A stretch of 64,000 nucleotides of DNA, taken from contig NMRA01000006.1 of assembly GCA_002633005.1 (NCBI GenBank), forward strand, positions 1,071,021 through 1,135,020, in the 5' to 3' direction. Every line of letters begins with the position of its first letter. The first letter of the stretch is position 1. Below are positions 50,574-63,968 of the stretch, piece by piece. The DNA comes from Phoronis australis. Lineage: Eukaryota; Animalia; Phoronida. A program made the translations under genes and the position numbers. The notes under the pieces are model-generated. The model was not told the DNA's origin, ran no database searches, and saw nothing but the letters and a program-made list of their open reading frames with translations.

Positions 50574-52895
50574 TCATTTTGAGGATAAGTTGGTTCCAAA
50601 AATAGATTTCATTTTTGTTTTAGGTAGTTTCACAGCTAACGCATCAGTTATAGAAGCCATCTCATACAAGTATTGTTACAATTACGCGACTCATCCACTG
50701 GTTCGGCGCGGCTGTCGTGGCCCGGCCGGCCCGCGATGTTGAAACAACAAAGATTAGTCTAAACCGCTAACCTTTGTAAAAATGATATTAAATCGTTTCC
50801 TATTTATATTAAAAATGGTTTATGGGGATAGAAAGTTGGGGAAAACTGGTATTTCTTTGCAATGATTTACATATTGCTAGTTGAGATGGCATTGTCATGG
50901 GGAGCGTGGCGGGGCGTCATGATCCGACTGACTCCGCGGTGATTCCGGCGGAGCAAGCTCGATCGTCTTACCCGGAGCTAATGAGCTAATATCGCTACAA
51001 AAATACTCGATCTGCCGTGAGACCAAAGGTATTGACTAAAGCACACTGTGGTGAAAACATATTACAAAACCAGCTAGCCGAGAGCCTCCGGCTCTGGTCG
51101 GCGGACTAGAAGTACGTTTTTAATGGCTCAGAGGAAAGTTGACCATGTCTGTCGTGAGACCAAAAGTACGCTATGCAAAATAGAAATGCACTCGATCCTC
51201 CAGTGAGCCTAGGTCTGCATTCCTCATCCTCAGTGCTAATGACACAACCGGAAATGACAGCCTCCCGGGCCATCTGCCTGTAGTCTTTCGAAAACCTGGT
51301 AGTCAACTGCTGTGAGACGGGTGCGGGCCGGTCTAGGAAGGGTATTCCCATAGCTCTTCTGTAGTAAGCCTACTCACTGGAAGAAAGACAACCGCGCACT
51401 CAGTGACATCGGATTTTGGTTATAAAGCAGATAAAAAGCCAAATGGAAATACAGTAGAATTAGTTTCTGTGCGCTCGTAGACTCTACTACCGGGGCCAGT
51501 TTGGAATGTCCCAAGTTTTATTTCGTTGTCCCTGTACACTGACAAGCATCAAATAAAAAAGTAAATCAAAAAACCGACGTTATGTACAAAATGTGTAGAA
51601 TCATAATGTATTACTGGGTGTTTCTGCAGGAGCGTAGTAGCCCGGTGTCTGGACTCTGCCGACTGGAGTCTGAATATCTGATCGGATTCAATGTTCTCAG
51701 CTATGGTTTGAGTGTCTTGGAACCATATGAACCCAGACATCTTTGATACTTGTTCTCAATGCTTGTCACTAAGCCCCTGGAGGTTGTCAAATCCATTCAA
51801 ACGAGTTACAAGCGCAACTATATTTGACCCGTTCTTCAAGGACTGCTTCAAACCTTGCGCTTTTGTCAAAGACGTACGATGTATCCCAGGACCACTGAAT
51901 TTGCATCTCTTCCAAAATTCCGAATAAACGTCCCTGTGTCTGAACACTTGAAACCCGAAGATGTAACCGCCCATAGGCATAGGCATTTCATCGGGTGGGC
52001 CTTTCTGCGGAAATTCCGGGAAAAGAAGACGGCGTGAGTGACGTTTATTGCGGGTAGGAAGGTCAGTGCTGAGGTCTAGACCTGAGGGCTCCTTAGAAGG
52101 CCCATGAACACCGCGCGAGTCACGCAAGATTTTCCTGAGAAAGAACAGCCACCCGCAATTGCTGGCACTGTACACTGTTCGCGGATACGGTTGCCTTGTC
52201 AATGTGAGTGCTCCCCGGGTTCATTCCTTGTATAGGCCTAACTTAGAAGGATGTATCTTGTAACGTATTCGCGACGAAGCCACAGCGCTTGCCACAACGG
52301 CCCTTACATGACTAAACAATTCTTCGGAAAACGAGTTGATCGTACACCGTACGCAAGACAATTTTATTATACACCAGTCAAATTCAAGTTACAAACGTGT
52401 GAAGCGTGACAAGGCATGGACGTCGATTCACCTGACCTGAATGTCAGGGTTGCGGTACCACAGAAAACTCGAAATGCGTTGCTTTTCAAGATTACAGTAA
52501 ATCACAATACAAAAAAAATATATTTTTCAGGATGAACCCCCCCCCCCCTTCAATTTGCTCCAGGTGATTTACATGGGGTTTACCCAGCGCTGGTAGTGCC
52601 GTTTTCGTTTTGCGGGCGACGTTTTCTTTTCTTTTTTTAATTATTATTTTTGATCTTGTCCCAAGGGGGTTAAGCCCCCTGAACACCACCCGTAGATCCG
52701 CCACTGTAAGTACAACAGTTGGGAAGCCCTTTAGACATTTACTATATAGTTGCAGGTCATTTGCAATCTCATCTGTAAAAAGGACAGATTTGAATCGGCT
52801 TAATCACATATGTCTTTATTTCTCGTTCGAGCAATTAAAAGAAAGAAAATGGGACTTGAAGTATAACTAGATCGGCCAATTCAGTGTAACTTCAC

Positions 52896-53050
52896 AGTGG
52901 CGGGTTTAAGGGGGGTCAAGGGTGCCATGGCACCCCTAAAATCCCCGCATGTTTCATTCGGCACTTCGGGGGTGCGAATGTTTGACAGGTAAAATCCTGG
53001 CTAATACTCTACCCTGTCCCCCCTAACTCAAAATCCTGGATCCGCCCCTG
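52896..53050. mobile_element. CAG(T/G)GGCGG-type GC-rich MITE
   Basis: cagtggcgggtttaagggggg...cctggatccgcccctg. The tail ccccctaactcaaaatcctggatccgcccctg is identical to the one at about 7964-7995. Related ends at about 52705, 38265 and 54726. Confidence 0.7.
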
Positions 53051-53402
53051 CTTCAAAAAACAGAAAATCCAAGCAAAACGTTCAACTAAAGCTCACTAAA
53101 TAAAAACGAAACAAAGTAAGTTTATCTTATTGCCACTTGTACCGTACTCCGCATACCCATGCACGCTCAATCGTCACAATGTTTGTCATTTTCCGTCCCA
53201 TGTTCGGGTGTACATATTCTGAGAAAAGAAATGCGAAGAGAAACATGTAGAAAGGAGAAATTTGAAAGAAAATTGTAAACTACCAGAGTTGGATCTACCC
53301 TTTGGAGGCCATTACCAGTACCCTTTTGGTAATGGTCTCTCATTTTTGCTGTACATATCGTTTCAACGCACTTGAAAATATACTCTCATTGTCAGAATAT
53401 AG

Positions 53403-54112
53403 TCTGACAGTATTTTTAGTTGTATTGTTTTGTTTTGCTGTTCTCTTTCATTGGCATGACCCCTGAGTTAAGTACAATGATGATGTAATTTGTTTACTGC
53501 AGAATAGTATGGAACTTTCTAGTAGACTGAGTTCAGTAGTGATGATGTAATTTGTTTACTACAGTATAGTGTGGAACTTTCTAGAAGGCTTTAGCATGAC
53601 GGTGATTAATACAGTCTGGAATATTCTTGAGACTGGTATATGTTTGTAGAATGGTTTGGTAGATTCATGAAAGTTCTAGAATGTGCTTGAATTGATGAAA
53701 AGTTCCAGAACAATGCACTAGGCTATTAATACACAAGCACGGGTTTGTGTTAGGGAGATCAAGTCAGTTCAAGAGAGATCAAGTAAGCTCAAGAAAATTA
53801 ATTAGAAGAAAAGCAGTTAAGCAGTTAAAGAGTTGCAGTGAAGAGAATCAGCAGTTACAGCGATAGTCAATAGAGAGCCAGCTATAGAGACAGCAGGTTA
53901 TTGAATCGACGAGTGTAACAGTTGCTGAACGTGTCTCAGAGGTTCATCACAAGTCAAGGCTTCGCAGCACTGGCTGGAGCATAAACAGACATTACGTCTG
54001 ACGTTTTGTTTGAGAAAGCTTGTAAACGTACGGTCGGGATTAATAAAGGATTAACTCGAACCAGTCTTCAGTCAAACGTCGCACCGAAAGCTATTAGCAC
54101 CGGTCTGTAACA
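53403..54112 (+). mobile_element. Probable solo LTR
   Basis: Internal duplication (tgatgatgtaatttgtttact...ggaactttctag x2), repeated ttctagaa motifs, TATA-like ctattaata, a purine-rich tract, AATAAA at 54042 and a terminal tgtaaca. The 5' end and TSD are uncertain. Confidence 0.45.
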
Positions 54113-57100
54113 ACCTGCGCCCACCCACACAAGGGAAAAACGTGAGACTCATCCATAGTTACTTAGAAAAGTCTGAGAAACTTATTATGAGCAATTTTTT
54201 AGTGAAAATTTGTTCCAGATTTTTAAAGTCAAGAAAAAATAAACGCAAACCTGCAGGGATTCCCCTTTGGCAAGAGATAATGGAGTCACATCTAGCGCTC
54301 TTTCTCCGCTTTTTATTATGGTTATCACTTGACATAAATTGGGGGCCTGACAGGAATAAGCCCTGATAATACATCAATTGCAGCTCATTTAATGTTTTTT
54401 AAATCATAATTATGTACTTTCATATTTAGTGGTCCATGACTTCGAAGGGGACCCGTTAATCCATTATCACCTTTTATCGTTTTTTATTTATGTCTTCTCT
54501 ACAGAGCCGTTTAATTGATTCTCTTTTCCTGATTTTGTAAAATCTTTTGATGAAGGTCTCGTGTTGGGGATACCCAATGATGGAATCAACTGTAACTCTT
54601 CCCCAGTTTTTAAAATGATATATCATTTTATATTAATTAAAGAGCCCCCTTTCAGACTGTGCCCTCTTTTGGAGGGGCGGATCGGGGCAATTACCCCTTT
54701 GCCCCCCTCCTATAAATCCGACACTGTTAATTACTCACTAAGGGAACTAGCGGAAATTTCACATTGATCGAAAAAAACAAAGTTTTTGTTCATGCAAATC
54801 ACAGGGTCTAAAGTATCAAGATATTGACTCAAACAACCAAAATGTGAGACCGTGTTAAAAAAATAATGAATAAAAACTAAAGCACTGGCCGTCATCGAAA
54901 GTACGGAAGTTTGAAGAAATTGAAGACCACTATTTATGAATTGCACAAAAACAACATTCAACGATAAAAATATCATCTTACGACTATTCCCAAAAGAATT
55001 CCAAAAATATTATTTCCATTGTAGATCGTTATAGGAAACTATGGTCGATGAAGAAACTGTTGTTCGTATCAAACTCACACATGTCGATCTGACTGTCGTT
55101 TGACTGCCTTATGTAATGTAAACCGTCACAGGATACCACTGGTGCGAACCAGAATTAAATAAAAAGAACGGAGGATGCCCGTCTCCCATGCTCTGCTTGT
55201 TGCTCTTCAAGTATCAGTTTCGGGAATTGCCTAAAAACATTCATTAATTGCAGTCTAAAAATCTGTAGTTCCATCTGCCTTCCGTTGGTTTACGTGCATA
55301 TTTATGTACGTACGAAAATAGACCGATTCACCAACGGTTTTTGACAATTACAACTGAGCTAATCTTCCGAGAAATTGAATGCTGCTCCAGGATCGCGATC
55401 AGATGAAGGTAGAAATTCGGGAATATCTCTATAGTTCAAACAGCAAAGAAGTGCTCCGGATGATTTTTGCTAATTTAAAATTATTCTCGACTAATTAGAG
55501 AATTTTGACGTAGGTTGATGAAATTCGGTTATTTCTAAATAATTTGTCTTTCTCCCCGTAGGATAGCCACGACAAACACAGGCATAAGCGCGTTTACAGG
55601 GATTTTGAAACAGTCTCTAAGCCAGTGTACCCGACTGAGGCGGATCCCGGAACCACATCCTTAGTGAACTTTCAAAGCGTACTTTTCCTTAACTGGGCCC
55701 TAAGAAATGAATACTGACCTTAGGCTTCATTTCTCTCTTCAAAATGAAAGAAGATTATTCCGAAGTTTCCGAGATGATGTTCCATCTACTTAATTCTTAG
55801 ATGATGCTGTTTTTTACCGTAGTTTCTCGGGGTGTTGGAAATTGGCGAGGACCAGGAGGCAGAAGCAGTGGCGATAGCTAGTGCGGATAGGATCACGGTA
55901 TGCAAAATGTAAAACAAAGCCGAAGTTTGTGACTCTCGGATGATGTTTATCTTCTTATGGCATGAGTGTTTAGAATTAAAGCTGTCATGGTAAGGAATAT
56001 CATGAGATTAATTTTGAGAGTAGAAGGCTTAATGTTCGTTTTTTCAGCCAGAAAACCAGGTCTAATTGTAGTTTTAACGCGACTGCAAACCCGTTTTAGA
56101 GGTATTAGGCATCGATCACATCAACGTGTAGGCTACTGCTTTGGCATAAACGGTTTTGACTAATCGAGAACCTGTTTGAGACAACTTTTAGCTTATACAC
56201 ATATTGAGTGGCAGTTGGGGGTATTTGGTAGTGGAAAAGACGTTGTTTTAATGACACATTGCTTTGAAAGCCAACCAAATTAAAGTGTGCCTTCATTGAC
56301 GAGGCAAGAAGTCTGGGTTGAAAACATATCCAAATGGCTCATGTGAGCTCAAGGTCGGTTAACAAGCAAAAGCTTTTAATTATCACGAGTACCCCAATTT
56401 GGCGATTAGGGAAAAGGGGTCACAGTCCGCCTCAGTGAAAAAAAGTCCGACGAGACAACTGAAGTCCACAAAATCCACGGGAACGGAATTCGGGCGAGTG
56501 CACGATTGGCAGGCCTGAACCTAGTGGCCCTTTTTTGTTTTTTGGTAGTCCCCGTTGATTTTTGTCAGTAAAAGTTCCGCATATCGAAGAATTCGAGCCC
56601 CCCTACATTTTAGGCTGGGTGCGGGCTTGATAATAACCGAGAAACGGACTCAGATCCCGTGATTCACTGGCCCAGTTGTCGGAAGCGGCACCAGTAACCC
56701 AGGAATGAATATTGTGAGTTTTGAAAGTCTGCGAACTGTTTACGATCAGTCAAATAACTGCAATCTGGTCGTGATAAACCCGGTCATCCATCTGAGTGGC
56801 ACGTCTTACTCCTCCACAAGCACCTATGTAAATACCCCCCAGGTTTGATCTATCACGGCGGGCTGAGTGCTGATAGGTCCTGTGGGCTATCCAGGGTCCT
56901 GCTTCTAGCGACCTCTAGGCCCGCGAAACATGTGTTATTGTTGTGCGCAAAGAAAGACAACTTTGTACTCAGTTGCGCACGAATGTCAAGGAAGAATAGA
57001 CGTGTGACAAACCATAACGAAAACTTCGACAAACTACGTAGTTATTTATGGTCAAGTCGCTACAATCGTGGGAATCTTATTCCGTTAGTCATCTAAGGAG

Positions 57101-57248
57101 TTTGTAATCGATTTATCGAAATAACTGTTGGCGACGATGTACTTGTAGAACATCCGAAAGTCGCCATGGTCGGCGACGTTCAGAACTCACGAATGACTGA
57201 TTTCAAGAGGAGAAAAATATTGCGAAGATGCAATGGAACTGAAAGCTG

Positions 57249-60200
57249 ATGGCGCTTAGTAGCTGCTATTACTTAATAGTGATTCTTCTGCTCGTACGGA
57301 AATACACGTTCGCAAATGAACAGTCAGGTAAGCTACCAATTTAGAAGTACCGTTAGCTAACCAGTGCCTCAGTAGTTTGCCGTGCCAACCAATGTTATCA
57401 TGCACAGGCTACCTATTCGTTTTATATTACCGACTAACTTCAGGACCGAAGGTGAATCAGTGCAGTACTGATGATACGGGCAATTCATTTATTCAGATAC
57501 TGATTTTAGGTCATTTAGCGAATTATCATCTACGTTGAGTTTTTGGCTGGTTACTAGTCGTGAATCAGTGTACTAAGCATAAAGAAGCAACATAGAAAGT
57601 TCAACAAAAGCCTTCTTTGTCGTGATTGTTTTCCCAGACCAGTGGACTGCGCTGTATCAACAGTGCTGCATAAATCATTTACTGCCTGCATTGTCCATTA
57701 CAGCCCACTTTGGCTTATTGCCTAGCTTGTTGTTTTGTTCTGCTGTGAATGCTGTTAGATTAAAACATCAAGTGAAAATTCTTTGAACTGACGAAATAAA
57801 CATTTTTATATCAGTGTTTATTGCATGAGTAATCCTGATGTTTTGTTCGAAATTCAGTGTTTCAGTTTGTTATGATAGAGTTTAGATGGCGACAAAGTTA
57901 CCACCAGTTGAAGCGTGATTGAAATTTACATCAGGTTACGTCATTTGAAACGACATTTGAGCCTGTGCTTTCTGTCGAAAAACCATGTTTTAATTTAGGC
58001 AATTTACCATTATAAAATTGGTCCTGTTTTGAGTGGGCTTGGAAATGTTCCAATGACAATTTGTTACTCATTCAGGCCAAATTCTTACAATTTCACTTGA
58101 AATTTCATCTGTGCGTTTCTTACAAGCCCATCCCCCATGTTGACAAAGTAACAGTTTGAGATCAATTTCATAACGGTAAAGGTCTGAATCAAAACTTGTT
58201 TTTTGACAAAATGTTTTACTGCTTTTATATCCGTTTATTGATTTGACCCAACAATGTAATGGATAGGGTTCATCGTCCATGCAATGCCATAAAATACTGT
58301 TTCGGATGGACATTGATTCTGTAGGTTTGTTCTACCAATTGGTTTGTTAATTCTCCACTTATATCATGGAAAAATAATTACCAAAATTGTCATTTTCCCT
58401 GTTTCCAAAGGTTGATTACCTTGCAGCACGCAATGGGAGCTTGCTGCCCAGCTATATGACGTCTACGCAGTTTTAACCAAGCGAATAATAAAATAATTTA
58501 TCAAGTGCCTTGTTCTGTCAGAGAAACTAAATTTTGATCTTTATCACTTACGCTGTAATCTCACCAAATAAGGTTCTGTAGGAACTTATCGGCAAGTCTG
58601 TGTAATTTGCCAAATAACCACAAAACTAAAGATTTTACCTCCGTAAAAGTATATATTTTCTGAAAGTGGAAAGGCGAGTTTGACGTCAATTGGGTCACTT
58701 GACCTTGTCCTTTTTGGTAAAATTTAGCAAGAAGAGAAGGAACGTCGACAGCAAAACAATGTTATGAGTGGCGTTTAATGTCAGCATTGTAGATGAAATG
58801 CTGTTGCAGTTTTCTGAGTTCTTGTTCTTCTCCATTTAGTGTAGGCCTAACTTTTGAGTACTTTTAAAGGAGACATGAAAGTCTAGTTGTTTGATAGTCC
58901 CTCATACAAGACTGGAACATGCTAAAAACAATTCCTTACAACACTTTGGAGAACTGTTCAAAAAGCATAGTATCTGAGAGTTTCACATGAATCTGATCCC
59001 CATTTCACAGTTATGATGTTCCAAATTTGGCCAAATTTAGAATTTTTCTAGGGTACTACATAACTTTAAGATGCAATATGGCGTTCTCATTTCTTCATAG
59101 AAGATATGTTTCACAGAATTAATGCTTTTGACTTATTCAAGCTCTGCACCATTGGACTATATTTTGAAAAATTTGTGCACCCAGAACAATATTAGAGGCC
59201 CTTGAAAAAAGAAAAATGGGCAATTCTGTCAATTTTTTTGTCCGAAATTGGTGAGGTGTTTCCGCACTACTATAAAATTGCTCTCAACTTGCTCCGTACT
59301 CATATGGGAAGTGATTTTTGGTCTTACAGAAGGAACTGAAAGAAAGTTGGTTATTTTTCGAGACCATGATCAGTAAATAATATTACAGGCTATGACAAGT
59401 CAACTTGTATAGCCTGGTCTCAAGCAATAACAAACTGTTAGTTCAAACATACTTTGACTGAAGAACAGTCTGAGACCTATTTTTTAGCTAGTGGTCTAAA
59501 TAAAAAATATGCTCCTTAAATCTTTTGATTTTGTGGACAATTTTGGCAAAATAAAATTTCATCGTGCTCATACATGTGTAATATCCACCATGTAGTGTGT
59601 TTCATGACTGAAGAATTACCATAGCGCTTCCTGCACCTGGCAGTCATGCAAAACAATAATAATAATAATAATAATTGTATATACATACCTCATGACAGCG
59701 TTTAACATATGGTGGACAGAGAATCTGCTGATCAAAACCTCATGGAAAATAAATGGTTGAAATAGACCAAACAGTAAACAAATGTATTACCCTGATAAAC
59801 ATGGTAAAATGTCACCAATTTGTGATAAAAAATCACCCCTTTTGAACATTGTTGTGAATTCACATAATCTTTCAAAATGTTGCCTGTTGGTAGCTGTGGT
59901 ACATAACATTGATTTGGTATTTCTTGTCTGCCATATATGTCCTTAATTGGGCAGATTTTACCGAATGTCTGTATCTGTGACATGCAGTGACTGTTAACAT
60001 TCAATGTTATATGTAGATGCCCCAATTGTCCAGAAGGGACCAGAGAGCGCTGAAGTCATGGTAGAGAGCTATCACATCTTCCATTGCAAGACCAGCCCAG
60101 CCGGTGTAACAGTTGAGTGGAAGTTTCAGAATGCCACCAATTACGTGACGTCTGAGCCCGGCCATCAGTGTTTATCACGCTACTGCATGCTACACAAGGC

Positions 60201-60322
60201 CAATGGATCGCTCTCCATTTCCCGGACATTGATTAGTAACATAGGCAATTACTGGTGCGTAGCTAAAGATGAAGGTACCGGCAGGGAAGACACGTCAACA
60301 AAGGCGTCATTACGAGTTGATG
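57249..60322 (+). CDS. Ig-superfamily cell-surface protein, PTK7/off-track-like, 5' partial. Exon 57249-57327 is the signal peptide and exon 60017-60322 an I-set Ig domain; the gene presumably continues beyond the window
   Basis: MALSSCYYLIVILLLVRKYTFA signal peptide with CAG|gtaagc donor. Phase 1-1 Ig exon with C...W...GSLSI...GNYWCVA. CVAKDEGTGREDTSTKASLRV resembles the PTK7 Ig1 C-terminus as I recall it (CVARDDVTGEEARSANASF). Confidence 0.8.
58868..59516. mobile_element. Kolobok-like non-autonomous element
   Basis: ttaa|aggagacatg ... atatgctcct|taaa. Internal 58960-59055 is homologous to 14097-14190. Confidence 0.4.
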
Positions 60323-63300
60323 GTAAGATTCAATCCTTTATTCTAACGGGTGATTGGCTAACTTTTTAAATTTGCAGAATTGCCTGTCCACCCGCATTGA
60401 CTTTCAGCAGTCAAACATAAACCATAGCACTTTTTCATAGTTTTATTTGGCATGACTCTAAACAATGTCTGAACATTGCATGACTTGTGGTCATCAGCAC
60501 AATCCTTTCCGTAGTTGTTGCAAGTTTTCAAATTAAAATTTCTTATGAACACAAGTCACTATTTGTTTTGTAATTTTTCATATTTGTTCCAATGTATGCA
60601 TCTGTATTCATGTTTTGCCTGAGAGTTCTTGATCATCTCTTTGGTTGCGTTACCCAGTCAGTGTCAAACTTGCCGATTTGGGAGTTACCTGCTTTCTCAT
60701 TCTTGACCTAGTTAATCCTAAATTTCAAAGGATGTCAGACTGAGTGCTTAGCACTTCACTTGACGCCAAGTCGCATTTGGCAACTTGGTAAAAATTCCAG
60801 GTCGCCAAACAAAATCTGAGGTCTCCAAAACACAATCAAAGTTGTTGGCTAAAAAGAAGATTGAGCCATACTCCATTCTCAGAAAATTACGTATACCTCT
60901 TCAGGGATATTCTTGGACTGTTCCTTTATGCCATTAAGGCACTTTTTATCATCAGGAATATTACTGTTAGACATGAACATGACTCTCTTCTTATTTCGAT
61001 TGCCCTTAGCCATAGGGTTTCTGTTCCATGTGTTACAACTGTCATTGCACTATTAAGTCTGTTGGCACAACTTTTTGAAAAAAGGCACATTTTTAGCATC
61101 TGGTGCGCCCAAAGGGCACAGGTTCTAACCTGGTCGGGAATATCCCTGCCTCTTCAATTGCTTTCCATTAAAGATATGTACCATACAATTTCTAACTCAA
61201 GTGAATTCCTTAGTGCCAGCAAAAATGTCGACTGGGGTGTGTGTTTCATGGTCCGATCTTGCCTACTTTTGTCGTACAATTCTGACTTCTCTCTGTTTAC
61301 TTCCTATTGTAATTTAAGCAATTGTTTTGATATGCGCTGACTGCTGAGGATGGCAAATACACTGATTTCACAAAATAAATGGAACAATTGTGAAAAAAGG
61401 TTATTAAATCTAGCAAAAGTGTTAGTAGTGTAAAGTTTGAAACGAATTTCGGGGAATCATTGTCGCTGTGGTAAAATTGGAATTTGCCCAGGTCGCAAAA
61501 CGCAATGTGAAGTAGTATTTGCAAGCTGCAGGTTGCCAAATCAAGCACTGGATGTACATTTTAATAATATTGGAAGATAGTTTGACCAACTCCTGAATAA
61601 AAGTAATTTTTTTAAATATTTTTAACATTTTTGAAGAAATTCCAGTCAATTGATTACTTAACTGTCAAATTGTTATAGCTGCAGTGGCCTCTACACTGTC
61701 CATCGTCGAGGTATAACTGACTCAAATTCAGAATGATTCTGATTCTGAATACGAGTTCGAAATGCCAGATGTGACACGTGTTAAGTACAGGGGTCTGGGG
61801 GTTGGGGGTTCAGATTTCTTAGTGTTTTTTCACCTGAAATCTTGCTTGAATACTCTGCCTGCCTTAATGTGTCATAGTTTTAGAATATCATAAAATAGTG
61901 TTTGTGTGCATCTTACCCTGAAAGTTTCATAACAGTCCACCAACAAATAACGGTTTTAGAGTGCTTTTGGAGATTGCACCCTATGTACTGTGTATACTCA
62001 ACATTTTATGGGACTGTGGGAAATGCACATTCTGGCTAGTTGGCTGTGAAAGAGTTAAATTGCAAGTAACTTGCTGAAACTGAAGTTGACTTAAACTCAA
62101 GACTTTGATGACAAAATGTACCCCATGTTAAAAATGTACCCAGTTTGTAACATGCAACTTCATGCTTATGTTGAAATCAAACTGTTGATGGACATAAGAA
62201 TTGTGGGGCTTCCGCAATTTTTCAAAATATTGCCTGGTGCTTGTCACTACTTGTTCTTCTGATCAACAAATGCATGTGACCTAAACTTGTGTTAGTTTAC
62301 AGTTGCTCACTTTGAAGGTGGTTAATATTACTGGCACTTCTCTTGACCACCCACACATGTGAAAATGCCAAACCTATGTGAATATAGGCTGTTTATTTGC
62401 CATTCACACTAGAATTCAGTCTGAAGAATGGAATGGCTTATAGACTGCATAGTTGTGGTAACTTTTGTGCCATGATAATCTCTCCATTGATTGCATAACC
62501 TGGTTATTCTCTTGTATGAATAATTGAAGTGAAATGAGTTGTGTAGTTCTGGGAATTGTCCTAGCAATGCTAGTTTGGTGATTTTGCTGTTCAGGGTAAT
62601 TCTATTTTGTCTTGGGTAGTTCTGTGTGTCACATAATGAAATTGGCAATTGATTTCAGCCCACAGTGCACCTCTTGAATATCCCTGACTGTAGTTTATAT
62701 TGCTAGTGCTGAATTTAAAATAAGTCGGACAATGTCTGGACCAGTTTGTAAAATGTTGGGAGGCCTGTTAGGATCTGGTTTTTCTATTTGATGTGTGGTT
62801 TACATGACCATTCACGGAAAACATCTCAACACAAGTTGCACTGAGACCTTAAAATCAATAACAGATCTTGTGTTGTGTTATTAATATTTATTTTTTAGTG
62901 TAATATATTTGCACGTTTTTATACTATATAACTTAGTACTATGCTGTTAAGAACATGCATACGGTTGGAATACCAGGCGTATGCTCTTATACACCAAGGC
63001 GATGAAGGAGACCTGGCTCAAGGGTTCCACACTACACTATATAGTCTACGAGTAATGTGAGAGTGACTGTTCACCTAAAAAGTCCGCCATATAAGCTGAT
63101 TGTTGTTATTCACTTAACAAACTTTATATTATGAAGAATTTTAGTACCATTAAATTTTAGTTTCAACTGTACAAGTCTTGAAGTTAATTAGCAACACACA
63201 TTTTTTATGTTGAATCAAAATAAGGACAAGAAATCTATGCACAAAGAGAGAGCTGGCATTCCAGGCTTGTCCTCACTTGTAATGCCTAGAATATATTAGA

Positions 63301-63665
63301 AATCACAAAGAAACGGCAAAAGTCAAAATATCAATTTGAAACAACTACCTAAGTTTTCCCAGCCAAATCTACACTCCATTCACAAATTTTTTTGTGCACC
63401 TGGCCTTAACCCCTATGATGATGGTTGACTTATGAGAGCTGATGGGAGTAGAAAAACCATGACTATTTGTCTATGAAACTCGTGATGTTATATTATGGTA
63501 AATATTCGCCAGTTTGTTACAGTCTATTGATTATAGGACACGAAATTCAAGTCAAAGTTCAAGTTTTTCGATTCTAAAGATTTTGACATTCAGCATATTA
63601 CTAAGATATCAGTCACTGTACTGTATTGAACAACAGAGTTAAATGAAAGCGCTCCGAGGAGCGAA

Positions 63666-63968
63666 CCTTGGCGAAATTAACCAAAAAGATGACGATAAAG
63701 ATGATGACGAAGATGACGAATATGACGAAGATGGTGGTGAGGATGAACAAAAGAAGTTAATAACATACACATGACGAACGTAGGAGTCCGAAATCAGTAA
63801 GAAAAAGGCTAGTCTTGAGCGACACTTGGCGAAATTAAGGAAAAGACGGAGATGATGACGAAGATGATGACGATGATGACGAATATGATGATGTTGGTGG
63901 CGATGATGAACAACATCACAACATTCATATGACGAATTTAGATGTCATAAATCATTAAGAAATAGGCT
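63666..63968. repeat. Dimer of an about 158-bp unit with a GAT/GAC trinucleotide core
   Basis: cttggcgaaattaa...gatgatgacgaagatga...gaatatga...ggtgg...gatgaacaa...atgacgaa...aaatca.taagaaa.aggct x2. Confidence 0.8.

Noticed and set aside
53305-53340. Short hairpin gaggccattacca...tggtaatggtctc (similarly gtcggcatattgccgac at 261-277)
   Set aside because: Too short and isolated to assign a function. Bacterial-style terminators are not expected here.
60861-61340. 159-aa hydrophobic ORF
   Set aside because: Non-ATG start, no domain, and a T-rich intronic context. Probably spurious.
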